Positions 46,817-56,983 of a DNA stretch of 64,000 nucleotides are shown here, piece by piece (position 1 is the first letter of the stretch; each line of letters begins with the position of its first letter). The translations under genes and the position numbers were made by a program. Under the pieces are notes generated by a model. It was not told the origin of the DNA, ran no database searches, and saw only the letters and a list, made by a program, of their open reading frames with translations. This stretch comes from an uncultured Alphaproteobacteria bacterium (lineage in GTDB: Bacteria > Pseudomonadota > Alphaproteobacteria > CAAGCB01 > CAG-977), in contig CALYBD010000002.1 in NCBI GenBank assembly GCA_944393745.1, positions 21,591 to 85,590 of the forward strand, given 5' to 3'.

Positions 46817-47341
46817 ATGACATCGGAACAAAAAAAGATGCCGACTTCGCCGGAACAGTTGCTGGCTTATTTGTCGGAATTGGGCATCAAGTATGAAAAT
46901 ACAGCGCACCCGGCCGTCTTTACGGCTGAAGAAGGGGAAAAATACTGGAAAAATATTGCCGGCATGCATTGTAAAAACCTGTTTTGCACAGAACCGAACG
47001 GAAATTTATGGCTGATTGTCGCGCCGGCGTTAAAACGTGTGGACTTAAAGGCTCTGCCGGCTTTGATCGGATCTAAAAGATTGTCCTTTGCCAGTGAAGA
47101 ACTGCTGTTTGAAACGCTGGGAGTCTTCGGCGGATCCGTTACGCCTTTTGCCGTTATAAACGATAAGGAAAACCGTGTCGGCGTCGTGTTGGACAAAGAA
47201 ATGATGGCACAGAAAAAAATCAATTTCCATCCGCTGACCAATACGGCAACAACAACAATTACACCGAACGATCTGCTGCTGTTTATGCAATCGTGTGCTC
47301 ATTCACCATTGATTGTTCCCGTGTGCTGCAAAACAAATTAA
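46817..47341 (+). CDS. YbaK/ProX-type aminoacyl-tRNA trans-editing deacylase domain protein
   Basis: 174 aa; the central block HCKNLFCTEPNGNLWLIVAPALKRVDLKAL...GSVTPFAVIND is typical of the Pro-tRNA editing-domain family. Confidence 0.65.
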   Translation: MTSEQKKMPTSPEQLLAYLSELGIKYENTAHPAVFTAEEGEKYWKNIAGMHCKNLFCTEPNGNLWLIVAPALKRVDLKALPALIGSKRLSFASEELLFETLGVFGGSVTPFAVINDKENRVGVVLDKEMMAQKKINFHPLTNTATTTITPNDLLLFMQSCAHSPLIVPVCCKTN

Positions 47342-47426
47342 AGGAAATAATTTATTTATTTATGTTGACAAGTAATGATAAATATATCTACGCTTATCGG
47401 GTCGGTATAAAACTGATAGGGAGTTT

Positions 47427-47753
47427 ATGATGAAAAAATTTTATTTGTTTTTGATCGCCGCTTTGGCTTTATCCGTTTCCGCCTGCGGCGTCATTCCTAA
47501 GAATACGGCTGTTTTTGCACCGATCGCCGTTGATGCCGTTTCCCCGGGAACGGAATTTGCCAATCAGGGGGTTCGTCCGCTGAAACGCGGTGAAGCCACG
47601 CAGACGGGAATTGTTTTGTTCGTTACCGGTGATGCTTCGATCGAAGCGGCCATGAAAAACGGCGGCATTACAAAAGTTCACCATGTTGATTATAAAACGA
47701 CGACGGTTTTCTTCCTTTATACAAAACAGACAACCATTGTTTGGGGTGAATAA
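47427..47753 (+). CDS. Small lipoprotein (possibly TRL-like family)
   Basis: Lipobox LSVSAC; 108 aa; Gly/Thr-rich beta-type sequence; SD-like GGGAG upstream. Confidence 0.5.
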   Translation: MMKKFYLFLIAALALSVSACGVIPKNTAVFAPIAVDAVSPGTEFANQGVRPLKRGEATQTGIVLFVTGDASIEAAMKNGGITKVHHVDYKTTTVFFLYTKQTTIVWGE

Positions 47754-47772
47754 TTTTTATTGCTTTTTGGAA

Positions 47773-47798
47773 AAGGACGGGAATTCCCGTCCTTTTTT
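47773..47798 (+). terminator. Rho-independent terminator after the lipoprotein gene
   Basis: AAGGACGGGaattCCCGTCCTT followed by TTTT. Confidence 0.75.
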
Positions 47799-47846
47799 GT
47801 TGACAAAAACTAAAAAATAACATATTGTGATTATATTCTGTTTACA

Positions 47847-47877
47847 GCCTTCGGGGGTGTCCCGAGGGCCTTTTTTT
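47847..47877 (+). terminator. Second hairpin-plus-T7 element immediately before the terminase gene start (terminator or attenuator)
   Basis: GCCTTCGGGggtgtCCCGAGGGC followed by TTTTTTT. Confidence 0.45.
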
Positions 47878-47892
47878 ATGCGGGAAAGAAAT

Positions 47893-49203
47893 ATGGTCAA
47901 GATCAAAATTCCTTATAAGTGGAAGCCCAGAAAATATCAGATGAATTTGTGGCATTATCTGGAAAACGGCGGAAAACGAGCCGTGGCGGTTTGGCACAGA
48001 AGAGCCGGCAAAGACAGTTTGTCTTTGAACTGGACGGCGGTTGCGGCAATGCAGCGTGTGGGCGTTTACTGGCATATGCTGCCTTTGCAGACACAAGCGC
48101 GTAAAGTCGTGTGGGACGCAATCGACAAACAGGGGCGGCGCGTGATTGATCAGGTGTTTCCGGCAGCGTTGCGTAAATCGGTTAATTCTCAGGAAATGAA
48201 AATCGAGCTTTTAAATGGATCAATCTGGCAATGTGTCGGATCGGACAATTACAATTCTTTGGTCGGCGCCAATCCGGTCGGTGTTGTTTTTTCCGAATAT
48301 TCGATTGCCGATCCGGCCGCATGGGATTTTATTCGTCCGATCCTGGCGGAAAATGACGGCTGGGCGCTGTTTATTTATACGCCGCGCGGGCGTAATCACG
48401 GATTAAAGCTGTTCGAAACGGCAACAAACGCGCCGGATTGGTTTGTTGAAAAGCTGGGCGTTTCGGAAACAAGGGCTATTCCTTTGTCCGCCGTCGAATC
48501 CGAACGCAGAGCCGGTATGGACGACAGTATTATCCAGCAGGAATTTTTCTGTTCTTTTGATGCGGCGCTGAAGGGAAGTTATTATGGCGCTTTATTAAAT
48601 GAATTGGAAAATAATGCCCGGATCGGTTCCGTTCCGCATGATCCGGCATTACCCGTCACAACGGCGTGGGATTTAGGTGTCGGAGACAGCACGGCGATTT
48701 GGTTTTATCAGATCAGCGGGGCGGAAGTGCTGATCGTTGATTATTACGAAGCCAGCGGTGTCGGGTTGGATCATTACGTCAAGGTGTTAAGGGAAAAACC
48801 GTATATTTATACAAACGACAATATTTTTCCGCATGATATTTGTGTGCACGAACTGTCCAGCGGAAAAAGCCGTCTGGATCTTTTGGCCGGACTGGGGGTA
48901 CGCGGACAGGTTTTGCCGCGTTCAAGCGTGGAAAGCGGTATTGCCGCGGTTCGTTTGCTGTTGCCCAGATGCCGGTTTGACAAAGAAAAGTGTGCCAAAG
49001 GATTGGAAGCGTTACGCCAGTATCAACGCGCTTGGGACGATACCAGAAAAGATTTTCAGCCAAAGCCGTTGCACGACTGGACCAGTCATGCCGCGGACGC
49101 TTTCAGATATCTGGCGCTGGGAATTAAAGAAAACAGAAAAATGCAGGACAGGGCGTATGCCGGCGCTGTCCGCGATTATAAAGACTATGATCCGCTGGCC
49201 TAA
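47893..49203 (+). CDS. Phage terminase large subunit-like protein (orphan)
   Basis: N-terminal ATPase segment (AVAVWHRRAGKDSLSLNW, Walker A-like); the C-terminal nuclease-type motif DWTSHAADAFRYLALG resembles the conserved terminase D..DA.RY box. The start is chosen at the ATG with a GGGAAAG RBS-like sequence upstream; the longer ORF begins at 47827. Confidence 0.55.
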   Translation: MVKIKIPYKWKPRKYQMNLWHYLENGGKRAVAVWHRRAGKDSLSLNWTAVAAMQRVGVYWHMLPLQTQARKVVWDAIDKQGRRVIDQVFPAALRKSVNSQEMKIELLNGSIWQCVGSDNYNSLVGANPVGVVFSEYSIADPAAWDFIRPILAENDGWALFIYTPRGRNHGLKLFETATNAPDWFVEKLGVSETRAIPLSAVESERRAGMDDSIIQQEFFCSFDAALKGSYYGALLNELENNARIGSVPHDPALPVTTAWDLGVGDSTAIWFYQISGAEVLIVDYYEASGVGLDHYVKVLREKPYIYTNDNIFPHDICVHELSSGKSRLDLLAGLGVRGQVLPRSSVESGIAAVRLLLPRCRFDKEKCAKGLEALRQYQRAWDDTRKDFQPKPLHDWTSHAADAFRYLALGIKENRKMQDRAYAGAVRDYKDYDPLA

Positions 49204-50588
49204 TATCCCAGCGCTTTGTAAAAGCTGACGACGGCCTGATAAACGGCGCTGTTTCCCTGTGCCAGATTTGTCCGGGCCGTCAGCAGATTTTGAAATATAC
49301 TTAGCGTTTCGCTTAAAGAAATCAGGCCGGAGTCATATTGCGCCAGCGTCAGTGCCGAAATATCGCGCATTTTTTCCAAAGCGTTTCTTGTCGTTTGGTT
49401 TTTGGCAATCTGTTCGGAAACGGAAATCATGGCGTTTTTTATTTCTCCGACAGCGTTCAGCACGGTATTTTGATAAACCAAAGTTGCCTGCCGAGTTGCC
49501 GATTTTTCCATTTTTACCTGATTAAGCAGCGCTCCCCAATGAATCAAAGGCAGCGTTATGCCGGGAGTCAAAGAAAAAGTTCCGCTTTTATGATTGGGAA
49601 GTTTGGGCAGGTGGTCTGCCTGAAATCCGAACAGCCCGCTGAACGAAACGTTTGGAAATAAATCCGCCGTTGCTTTGCCGATCAGGGCATTCTGCGCGAT
49701 CAGATTTTGTTCGGCCTGACGCACGTCGGGACGGTTTCGTACGGTTTGCGCCGGAATCAGGTACAAAGCGGACAAGTCGTATCTGAAGGAATCTCTGATT
49801 ATGTTTTCGGAGGATTCTTCTAACAGTGTATTCAACTGTTCGGGCAGTTTTCCGGCCAGTAAAGTCAGGTTGTTCCGATAAGTGTTTACGGCCGTTTTTA
49901 AATCCGGAATGCGTGATTTAATTGTTTCTTCGCTGTATTGAATTTGGCGCAGATCCGATTGGCTGATCAGTCCCGATTCGGCTTTTTCCGTCGCCAGCAG
50001 AGTAATTTTTTTCTGTAAATTTAAAGTTTTGCGCAACAGACGCAGCTGTTCCTGAGCCAGGCGCAGGCTGATATAATTATTGATGACCTCTGCTTTTAAT
50101 GTAATACGGACGTTGTCCAGGTCGGCAGCGGCAGCTTCGGCCAAAGCGCGGGCGCTTTCCGTTGCTCGGCGGCCGGCTCCCCAAATATCCAGTTCCCAGG
50201 AAACGTCCAATCCGGCCTGATAATAGCTTTCTTTAAAAGCGTAAGAGGTGTTTTTGGAAGGCTTTAATTTGGTATATTCGCCGGCCAGATCAACTGTCGG
50301 ATAATATTGAACCCCCTGTATTTCCAAATTTAAGCGAGCCTGGCGTAATTTTTCAACGGCGATTTTAACGTTCGGACTGTCTGCCAGAGCCATTCGGATT
50401 AATACATTCAATCGTTTATCGCCAAAGGCTTTATGCCAGTCCGGGTCAATGCGGCCGTTTATGTCCGCAGAAACGGACAAAGCGGCATTGATTTGTTTGT
50501 CAGAAACGGTGTCCGGCCGTTTATAATCTGGGCCCAGCGTACAGCTGCAAAGCATACAAGCCATTAAAATAAAATATTTTTTATTCAT
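49200..50588 (-). CDS. RND efflux outer-membrane factor lipoprotein (TolC/NodT/OprM family)
   Basis: Lipoprotein signal [16 protein letters not shown]; two OEP repeats; last gene of the efflux operon. Confidence 0.85.
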   Translation of the reverse strand: MNKKYFILMACMLCSCTLGPDYKRPDTVSDKQINAALSVSADINGRIDPDWHKAFGDKRLNVLIRMALADSPNVKIAVEKLRQARLNLEIQGVQYYPTVDLAGEYTKLKPSKNTSYAFKESYYQAGLDVSWELDIWGAGRRATESARALAEAAAADLDNVRITLKAEVINNYISLRLAQEQLRLLRKTLNLQKKITLLATEKAESGLISQSDLRQIQYSEETIKSRIPDLKTAVNTYRNNLTLLAGKLPEQLNTLLEESSENIIRDSFRYDLSALYLIPAQTVRNRPDVRQAEQNLIAQNALIGKATADLFPNVSFSGLFGFQADHLPKLPNHKSGTFSLTPGITLPLIHWGALLNQVKMEKSATRQATLVYQNTVLNAVGEIKNAMISVSEQIAKNQTTRNALEKMRDISALTLAQYDSGLISLSETLSIFQNLLTARTNLAQGNSAVYQAVVSFYKALGY

Positions 50589-53500
50589 GGCTGCCTCCGT
50601 TGGAAAATTTTTCTTTAATCGTTTCAAATAAAGCAAATAAAGCCGGAATAAAGAATATGCCGACAAACGTCGCGGCGATCATGCCGTAAAACACACTGGT
50701 GCCGATGGCATTTTGACTGGCAGCGCCGGCGCCCGTGGCAATGATCATCGGGAAAACCCCTAAAATAAACGTCAGAGCCGTCATTAAAACGGCACGGAAA
50801 CGTTCGGAGGCGCCTTTTTGTGCCGCTTCCAGAATACTGGCGCCTTTATCGCGATAATCTTTGGTAAATTCAACGATCAGAATAGCGTTCTTCGCCGCCA
50901 GACCGATCAGCATAACCAACCCCAACTGGGCGTAAATGCTTAACGGTTGAGCTGTCAGATATAATCCGGCCAAAGCGCCCAAAACCGCGAAAACGGTTGA
51001 AAACATGACGGAAAAAGCCAACAGCCAGCTTTCATACAAGGCAACCAGGAACAAATAACAGAAAACCAGCGCCAGCATGATCAGAAAAACGGCCAGTCCG
51101 GCGGCTTCGACTTCCTGTAAGCTCAATCCTGTCCAGGAAATGCCGAATCCTTTGGGCAGGACGGTTTTCGCCGTTTCTTCGACTGCGGAAATCGCGCTGC
51201 CCGTACTGATGCCTTTTGCTGCCTGCGCGATAATCGATGCTTCGGTATATTGGTTGTAACGGTAAATGATTTTCGGCGCGTTCAGCGTACGGACACTTGC
51301 AAAGCTTTTGATTTGAATCAGATTGCCCGTCGTGGATTTGACATACATGTTTTCAACGTCTTTTAAGCTTTTGCGATAAGGCGCATCAGCCTGTAAAATG
51401 ACACGGTTTACCTGGCCGTTTAAGGTGATGTTGTTGATGTATGTCGATCCCAGCGAACTTTGCAGCGTGGAAAATAAAGTGCTGACGGGAATGTTAAACG
51501 ATTCGAGCTTCGTTCTGTCAATGTCCAGATACAGGCCGGGCGAATTGACGCTAAACGTGCTGAAGGCATAGGACAATTCGGGCGAACGGTTTAAATGCAT
51601 TAAAAATTCTCCCATGACCTGATAAAGTTCTTCGGGCGTTTTGGACATATTTGTTGCCAGCAGTTCTAACGACAAGCCGCTGCTTTTGCCGACGCCGGGA
51701 ATGGACGGTAAGGCAAAAAAGTCAGTTTGCGCTTCGCTGTTATCGGCGAATTTTTCGCTTAGACGTGCCGTTAAAGCTTCAATGGATAAATCTTTGGCCG
51801 TTCGTTTAGACCAGTCTTCCAGCCCGATAACGCCTAAAGCAATGTTTTCTCCCGCGGCGCTGAGCATACTGTATCCCGCAACACCGATAAAAAATTTAAC
51901 GCCTTTTGTTCCCAAAATCTTTTGGCTGGCTTTGTTTAAAAAGTCTTCGGTAGTTTTGATCGGCGTCGTACTGGGCAGTTGAAAATTCGCCAAAATCAAA
52001 CCCTGGTCTTCTTCCGGTAAAAAAGACGTCGGCGTTTTGTCAAATCCGATGCCGGCAATCCCCAGAGCGCATAAAATAATAATCGTCGTGATTCCCGGTC
52101 TTTTGGATAACCAACCGACAACAGTCGTATATTTTTCTTTGAAAAAATCAATCATGCTGTTAAACAGCCTGAAAAAACCGCGCGGTTCCTGATTTTTTTC
52201 GTTTTTTAAAAAGACGGCACACAGAGCGGGACTGAGCGTTAAAGCGTTAAAAGCCGAAAAAACAACGGCAGTCGCGATCGTAACGGCAAACTGCTGGTAA
52301 ATTTTTCCGGTAATGCCGGCCATCAGCCCGACGGGAATAAAGATCGCCAGCAAAACGAAAGTCGTTGCGATAATCGCGCTGCCGATCTGCTGCATCGCTT
52401 TGACGGACGCGGAATACGAATCCATTTTTTCATAAGCCATCAGGTATTCGACACGTTCCACAACAATAATCGCGTCGTCAACGACCAGCCCGATCGCCAG
52501 AATCATGGCAAACAAAGTTAAAATATTGATATCAAACCCCAGCAGATAAATAACGGCAAAAGTGGCAATCAATGAAACGGGAATCGTAATCAGGGGGATC
52601 AGCGTCGTTTTTATGCGCTGCAGGAAAACAAACGTGACCAGAACGACCAAAGAAAAAGTAATAATCAGCGTTTCAATAATGCTTTGGATCGACGCTTTGA
52701 CGAATTTTGTGGAATCGTAGGCAATTTCAAATTCCATATCTGCGGGAAAAGTTTCTTTAAGCGCGGCGATTTCTTTTTCAACGTTTTTCATGATGTTCAA
52801 AGAATTTGAATTCGGTGTCTGGCTGAGCATCATGACAACGGCCGGTGAATTATCAAAGGAAGCGCTCATCGTATAGGTTTCGGCACCCAGTTCAACTCTG
52901 GCAACGTCTTTTAATCGTACAACGCCGCCGTTCGGCGAAGTCGTGATAATAATATCTTCAAAATCTTCAACGGAATCCAGCAGCCCTTTGGCTGTTAAGG
53001 ACAACATGACCGTTGCGCCGTCGGGTGTCGGAGCAGATGCGATTTCGCCGATGGAAGCCTGTATGTTTTGGGATTGTACGGCGGAAACAATATCATTGTT
53101 CGTCAATCCCAAAGCCGCTGTTTTTTCCGGATTGACCCATAACCGCATGCTGTATTGCGGCGAATAAATTGTCACGTCGCCGATTCCTTGAATTCTGCCC
53201 AGCGGATTTTGAATGTTTTCATAGGCAAAATTGCTTAAAAACAAATCGGAATAAGTACGATTCGGCGAACGAAGCACCAGCATGGCCAGAATGTTTGATG
53301 ATTGGGTTTTAATCGAAATGCCTTCTTCGTTAACGATATCGGGCAGCTGAGAAGTAACCTGCTGAATTCTGTTTTCGACTTTGACCTGTGCGATATCGGG
53401 ATCCGTTCCGATATTGAACGTGATCGTCAGCGTATATTGTCCCGTATCCGTCGCCGTAGAGGACATATACAGCATGTCTTCCACCCCGTTGATCTGGTTT

Positions 53501-53700
53501 TCGATCGGCACGGCGACCGTATCGACCAGAACCTGCGCGTTTGCACCGGGATAGTTTGTTTGAACAACGATCTGCGGGGGAGTGATCTGCGGATATTGCG
53601 ATACGGGTAAAACGGCAATCGCCAGCAGTCCCAGCAAAATCATCACGATTGAAATTACGCCCGCAAAACGGGGACGCCTGATGAAAAATGACGAAAACAT
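50581..53700 (-). CDS. RND multidrug efflux permease (AcrB/MexB family)
   Basis: 1039 aa; 12-TM RND architecture; conserved N-terminus [24 protein letters not shown]... Confidence 0.9.
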   Translation of the reverse strand: MFSSFFIRRPRFAGVISIVMILLGLLAIAVLPVSQYPQITPPQIVVQTNYPGANAQVLVDTVAVPIENQINGVEDMLYMSSTATDTGQYTLTITFNIGTDPDIAQVKVENRIQQVTSQLPDIVNEEGISIKTQSSNILAMLVLRSPNRTYSDLFLSNFAYENIQNPLGRIQGIGDVTIYSPQYSMRLWVNPEKTAALGLTNNDIVSAVQSQNIQASIGEIASAPTPDGATVMLSLTAKGLLDSVEDFEDIIITTSPNGGVVRLKDVARVELGAETYTMSASFDNSPAVVMMLSQTPNSNSLNIMKNVEKEIAALKETFPADMEFEIAYDSTKFVKASIQSIIETLIITFSLVVLVTFVFLQRIKTTLIPLITIPVSLIATFAVIYLLGFDINILTLFAMILAIGLVVDDAIIVVERVEYLMAYEKMDSYSASVKAMQQIGSAIIATTFVLLAIFIPVGLMAGITGKIYQQFAVTIATAVVFSAFNALTLSPALCAVFLKNEKNQEPRGFFRLFNSMIDFFKEKYTTVVGWLSKRPGITTIIILCALGIAGIGFDKTPTSFLPEEDQGLILANFQLPSTTPIKTTEDFLNKASQKILGTKGVKFFIGVAGYSMLSAAGENIALGVIGLEDWSKRTAKDLSIEALTARLSEKFADNSEAQTDFFALPSIPGVGKSSGLSLELLATNMSKTPEELYQVMGEFLMHLNRSPELSYAFSTFSVNSPGLYLDIDRTKLESFNIPVSTLFSTLQSSLGSTYINNITLNGQVNRVILQADAPYRKSLKDVENMYVKSTTGNLIQIKSFASVRTLNAPKIIYRYNQYTEASIIAQAAKGISTGSAISAVEETAKTVLPKGFGISWTGLSLQEVEAAGLAVFLIMLALVFCYLFLVALYESWLLAFSVMFSTVFAVLGALAGLYLTAQPLSIYAQLGLVMLIGLAAKNAILIVEFTKDYRDKGASILEAAQKGASERFRAVLMTALTFILGVFPMIIATGAGAASQNAIGTSVFYGMIAATFVGIFFIPALFALFETIKEKFSNGGSHE

Positions 53701-53706
53701 GGCCGT

Positions 53707-54876
53707 TTATCCTCCGTTTTCGGAAACGATGTTTAATCTGAAAGGCTGGCCTTTTTTTAACTCCGGCGCTTTTCCGTTCACCAGATAATCTTGCGGATCA
53801 AAAGTATTTTTAACGATATAATTGGATTTTAGCGTGTCGATAATTTCTATTTTTTGACGCTTGATTCCTTCTTTGTTTGCCAAAGTAACAAAACTGCCCT
53901 GCGGTGTTAAATCAACCTGATTTTGGGCAATTGGAATAACGTTTTTTAATTCTTTTTCCAAGTAGACGGTTACATAAGAATTTGACAGTAAAAGGTTGTC
54001 TTTGTTGTTGAAATTAACATAAACGGCAACAGAGTTTGTCGGCTTGTCCAGTGTATTGTCGGCATATTGATAAATTCCTTCGTCAGGATAAATTTGACCG
54101 TCGGCCAGCTGTAATTTGATTTTTTCGCCGGCCAGCAGATTCGTCAGTCCGTTCGCCGATACATTAAGGATATAGTCCTTGTCCGTAATTGAAAAAACAA
54201 CCTGAATGGGGGAAGTTTGAATAATGGTCATTAAAGGTGTTCCCGCCGGCGAAACATAATCGCCTTTTGTCGGTTCGACCGTTCCGATCAGCCCTGCAAT
54301 GGGGGCGCGGATAATCGTATAATCATAATTGACTTTGGCGGCGGCCAATTGTGCCTGCGCCTGGGCCAAAGCTGCTTTGGCCGACAGGAATTCTGCCTGT
54401 GCTTTATCTCTGTCGGCCTGTGCCACGGCTTTGTTCCCGGCCGCCTGAATCCGCTGATAATAAGTTGTCGCGTTTTCCAAAGCGGCTTCAGCCTGCATGA
54501 CACCGGCGCGTGCCAAATCCGTTTGCGCTTTGTATTCGTCCTGCTTTAAAATCATCAACAGCTGGCCTTCGCGAACGAACTGACCGCTTTTAATAAAGAT
54601 CTGTTCGACAAAGCCGCTGATAAAAGGCCTGACGGAAACCGAATGAACCGGCGTAACATAACCGATGTATTTTTTACTAAGCGTTACGGCCTGCGGTTTA
54701 AGAGCACTTACATTAATAAAAGCGGCTTTTGGCTGCTGAGGCAGTGCCGCTTTTGAATCCTCCGAATGCTTTTTGAGCGAAATAATTTCAAAACCGAGAA
54801 AAATAACCAAAGCAATTAAAAGAAATAAAACGGCATAATATGCGGCAAAAGATTTCTTTTCAGTTTCGTTTTCCAT
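53707..54876 (-). CDS. RND efflux periplasmic adaptor (membrane fusion protein, AcrA family)
   Basis: N-terminal anchor, coiled-coil hairpin (Ala/Gln-rich), lipoyl and beta-barrel segments; 389 aa. Confidence 0.85.
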   Translation of the reverse strand: MENETEKKSFAAYYAVLFLLIALVIFLGFEIISLKKHSEDSKAALPQQPKAAFINVSALKPQAVTLSKKYIGYVTPVHSVSVRPFISGFVEQIFIKSGQFVREGQLLMILKQDEYKAQTDLARAGVMQAEAALENATTYYQRIQAAGNKAVAQADRDKAQAEFLSAKAALAQAQAQLAAAKVNYDYTIIRAPIAGLIGTVEPTKGDYVSPAGTPLMTIIQTSPIQVVFSITDKDYILNVSANGLTNLLAGEKIKLQLADGQIYPDEGIYQYADNTLDKPTNSVAVYVNFNNKDNLLLSNSYVTVYLEKELKNVIPIAQNQVDLTPQGSFVTLANKEGIKRQKIEIIDTLKSNYIVKNTFDPQDYLVNGKAPELKKGQPFRLNIVSENGG

Positions 54877-54981
54877 ATCGTTATCCTGTTATCAGTCGCA
54901 AAAAAACAGAATAACAATGCGTTTACCGCGTCAAAAAAGTAAGCTGTGTTTTATGTTATAACTTTAAGTAAAGCGTAAAAA

Positions 54982-55749
54982 TTAAAACCATTGTTTTATG
55001 GCATTTAATTCTTTTTCGATCTGATAGGGGGCGTTGACGATTATAATTCCGCTACCGGTCAATCCTGAATTCGCACCGCAAAAGCGGACTTCGCTGCGAT
55101 AAAGTTTCGGCAGTCCGGCGCCAAGCAGTTTTTCGATCATGGGGTGGTGAAATCCTTCTTTTAAAATCGGATACCATAAAAAAATAACGCCTTCGGCCCA
55201 TTTTTTGTGCAGTTTCAGGATAAAATTTGCCGCTTTGTCATATTCGGTTTTGACTTCATAACTGGGGTCAATCACCAAAATACCGCGGCGCGGCTGCGGC
55301 GGACACAAAGCCAGTCCGCCTTCATAACCGTCACGAAGATGCAAATGCGTGTTCGGATAACGCATCAGTCTGTACAGCGCCTGATATTCCTGCGGGTGCA
55401 GCTCCATTAAATGCAGCGTGTCCGTCGGGCGGAGCAGGGCTTCGGCAATAAAAGGGGAACCGGCATAAATGTTTTTGCCGATTTCGCGTTCAATGCGTTT
55501 TTCCAGTTCAAAATACGGGTGATCCTTTGTTCGTTCTGATCCGGCCATTTTCAGAAAACCGCGCGCGGCTTCGCCCGTTTTCAGCGCTTCTTTAGAGGAA
55601 AGATCGTATACGCCGCGTCCGGCATGCGTTTCCAAATAACTCAGCGGTTTGTCCTTTTGTGTCAGACGGTGCAATAAAATGCACAAAGACGCATGCTTGT
55701 GAACGTCGGCCGGATTGCCGGCATGATAAATGTGCTGATAAGACAGCAT
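54982..55749 (-). CDS. rlmJ: 23S rRNA (adenine2030-N6)-methyltransferase RlmJ
   Basis: N-terminus MLSYQHIYHAGNPADVHKHASLC and the overall ~255-280 aa RlmJ/YhiR pattern. Confidence 0.8.
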   Translation of the reverse strand: MLSYQHIYHAGNPADVHKHASLCILLHRLTQKDKPLSYLETHAGRGVYDLSSKEALKTGEAARGFLKMAGSERTKDHPYFELEKRIEREIGKNIYAGSPFIAEALLRPTDTLHLMELHPQEYQALYRLMRYPNTHLHLRDGYEGGLALCPPQPRRGILVIDPSYEVKTEYDKAANFILKLHKKWAEGVIFLWYPILKEGFHHPMIEKLLGAGLPKLYRSEVRFCGANSGLTGSGIIIVNAPYQIEKELNAIKQWF

Positions 55750-55922
55750 ATCGGTTTCTCCCCGTATAATATGACAAGCCAGTATAAAAGTCCCTTTGCC
55801 GTATTGCCAGATTTTTTAAACCTTTTGTCGTCAAAGCATTGCCCGGCCGTCAAAAAAATCACAAAACAGTTGAAAATTTTTCTAAATTATTACATAATGT
55901 TATAATTTAAAGGGTCAAGGCA

Positions 55923-56246
55923 ATGCAAGAAAAAACAAAAGGATCAAAAAACCGGCAAAGAAAAACGGTGTCGGACAATTCTTTTTCTGCGGAAGAAATG
56001 AGTCGATATTTAATTTCAACAGTTAAGGAAGTTATCGAGGTTTCACGTCGTCCCGTTCCCGTTTTGGATAAAAACGGCGCGCCGACGGGGGCTGTCGAAT
56101 ATCAGTCTGCGACAGTGTTAAAAGCGTGTGAATTGATGGCCAAGCTGATGGGATCCATCAAGGAAACGGACGCTAAGGGCGTATCGGTTCAGATTGTTTC
56201 TTATCGTGATGATTCGGGATCAGAAGAATCTTCGTCGGGGTCATAG
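55923..56246 (+). CDS. Hypothetical protein
   Basis: 107 aa ORF divergent from rlmJ; no recognisable motif; the C-terminal end overlaps the convergent ankyrin gene. Confidence 0.3.
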   Translation: MQEKTKGSKNRQRKTVSDNSFSAEEMSRYLISTVKEVIEVSRRPVPVLDKNGAPTGAVEYQSATVLKACELMAKLMGSIKETDAKGVSVQIVSYRDDSGSEESSSGS

Positions 56247-56698
56247 TCATGGAATAAAAATTCGGCTTCGGATCCTTTGATTTTCGGGTTGCGGTCAATG
56301 TAATCATAGGCTGTTTTATGAAAAACGTCTTCGATATCTTGGTCGGCGCCCTGATTGATCAAAGTAATGACAACGGCCGGATTTGAATTATAACGCACGG
56401 CGAAAAACAAAGCGGTTTGTCCTGTGTCGGGCGTGCGGGCGTTAACTTCGGCACCGCTTTTGATCAGTGCGAAAATGACACCGGGGTGCGGGTTGTGCAT
56501 TGCGGCCAACATTAAAACGCTGCGTCCCTGTTCGTCCCGGGCGTTAACTTCGGCGCCGTTTTCAATCAGTGTGCTGATCACATATTCATTGGCTGTTTTT
56601 TTTATGACGGCTTCGATTAACGGTGTAAAACCTGCCGTTTGTGCCGCAGCCGGGACACAGAAAGTGAAAAAAAACAAAAAGAAACCGAAAATTTTCAT
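56201..56698 (-). CDS. Secreted ankyrin-repeat protein
   Basis: Signal peptide MKIFGFFLFFFTFCVPAAAQ, then ~4 ankyrin repeats (G.TALMLAA..NHP.VI.ALIKSGAEVNAR); start set at the signal-peptide Met (longer ORF to 56764). Confidence 0.75.
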   Translation of the reverse strand: MKIFGFFLFFFTFCVPAAAQTAGFTPLIEAVIKKTANEYVISTLIENGAEVNARDEQGRSVLMLAAMHNPHPGVIFALIKSGAEVNARTPDTGQTALFFAVRYNSNPAVVITLINQGADQDIEDVFHKTAYDYIDRNPKIKGSEAEFLFHDYDPDEDSSDPESSR

Positions 56699-56721
56699 GT
56701 AAGAATTTTCTTGCAGAACCG

Positions 56722-56750
56722 AATAAAAAAGCCCGTTTAACGGGCTTTCT
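56722..56750 (-). terminator. Rho-independent terminator downstream of rpmG
   Basis: AAGCCCGtttaaCGGGCTT; the minus-strand reading is followed by TTTTTT. Confidence 0.7.
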
Positions 56751-56770
56751 GTGCTGTAAAACAAAGCGGA

Positions 56771-56938
56771 TTAGCGCATTTTTGTTTCTTTGAAAACAAC
56801 GTGCTTGCGCGCTTTCGGGTCATACTTTTTCAACTGTAATTTTTCCGTTTTTGTACGCGGATTTTTTTTCGTTGTATAAAAGTATCCCGTTCCGGCCGTG
56901 CTTTCCAGTTTAATCTGTAATGTTGCGGGTTTTGCCAT
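56771..56938 (-). CDS. rpmG: 50S ribosomal protein L33
   Basis: Not in the ORF track because it is under 60 aa. Minus-strand translation gives [55 protein letters not shown], a textbook L33 sequence. Confidence 0.85.
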   Translation of the reverse strand: MAKPATLQIKLESTAGTGYFYTTKKNPRTKTEKLQLKKYDPKARKHVVFKETKMR

Positions 56939-56983
56939 GACAAAGATTCCCTTAAAAAATCAAAACAATACCAAAAAAATACG

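Noticed and set aside
46053-46823. Long N-terminal extension of the AmpD-like amidase ORF reaching into the divergent promoter
   Set aside because: The amidase_2 homology starts at MRPVFVYPSG (46742). The upstream part is AT-rich intergenic DNA shared with the divergent YbaK-like gene promoter.
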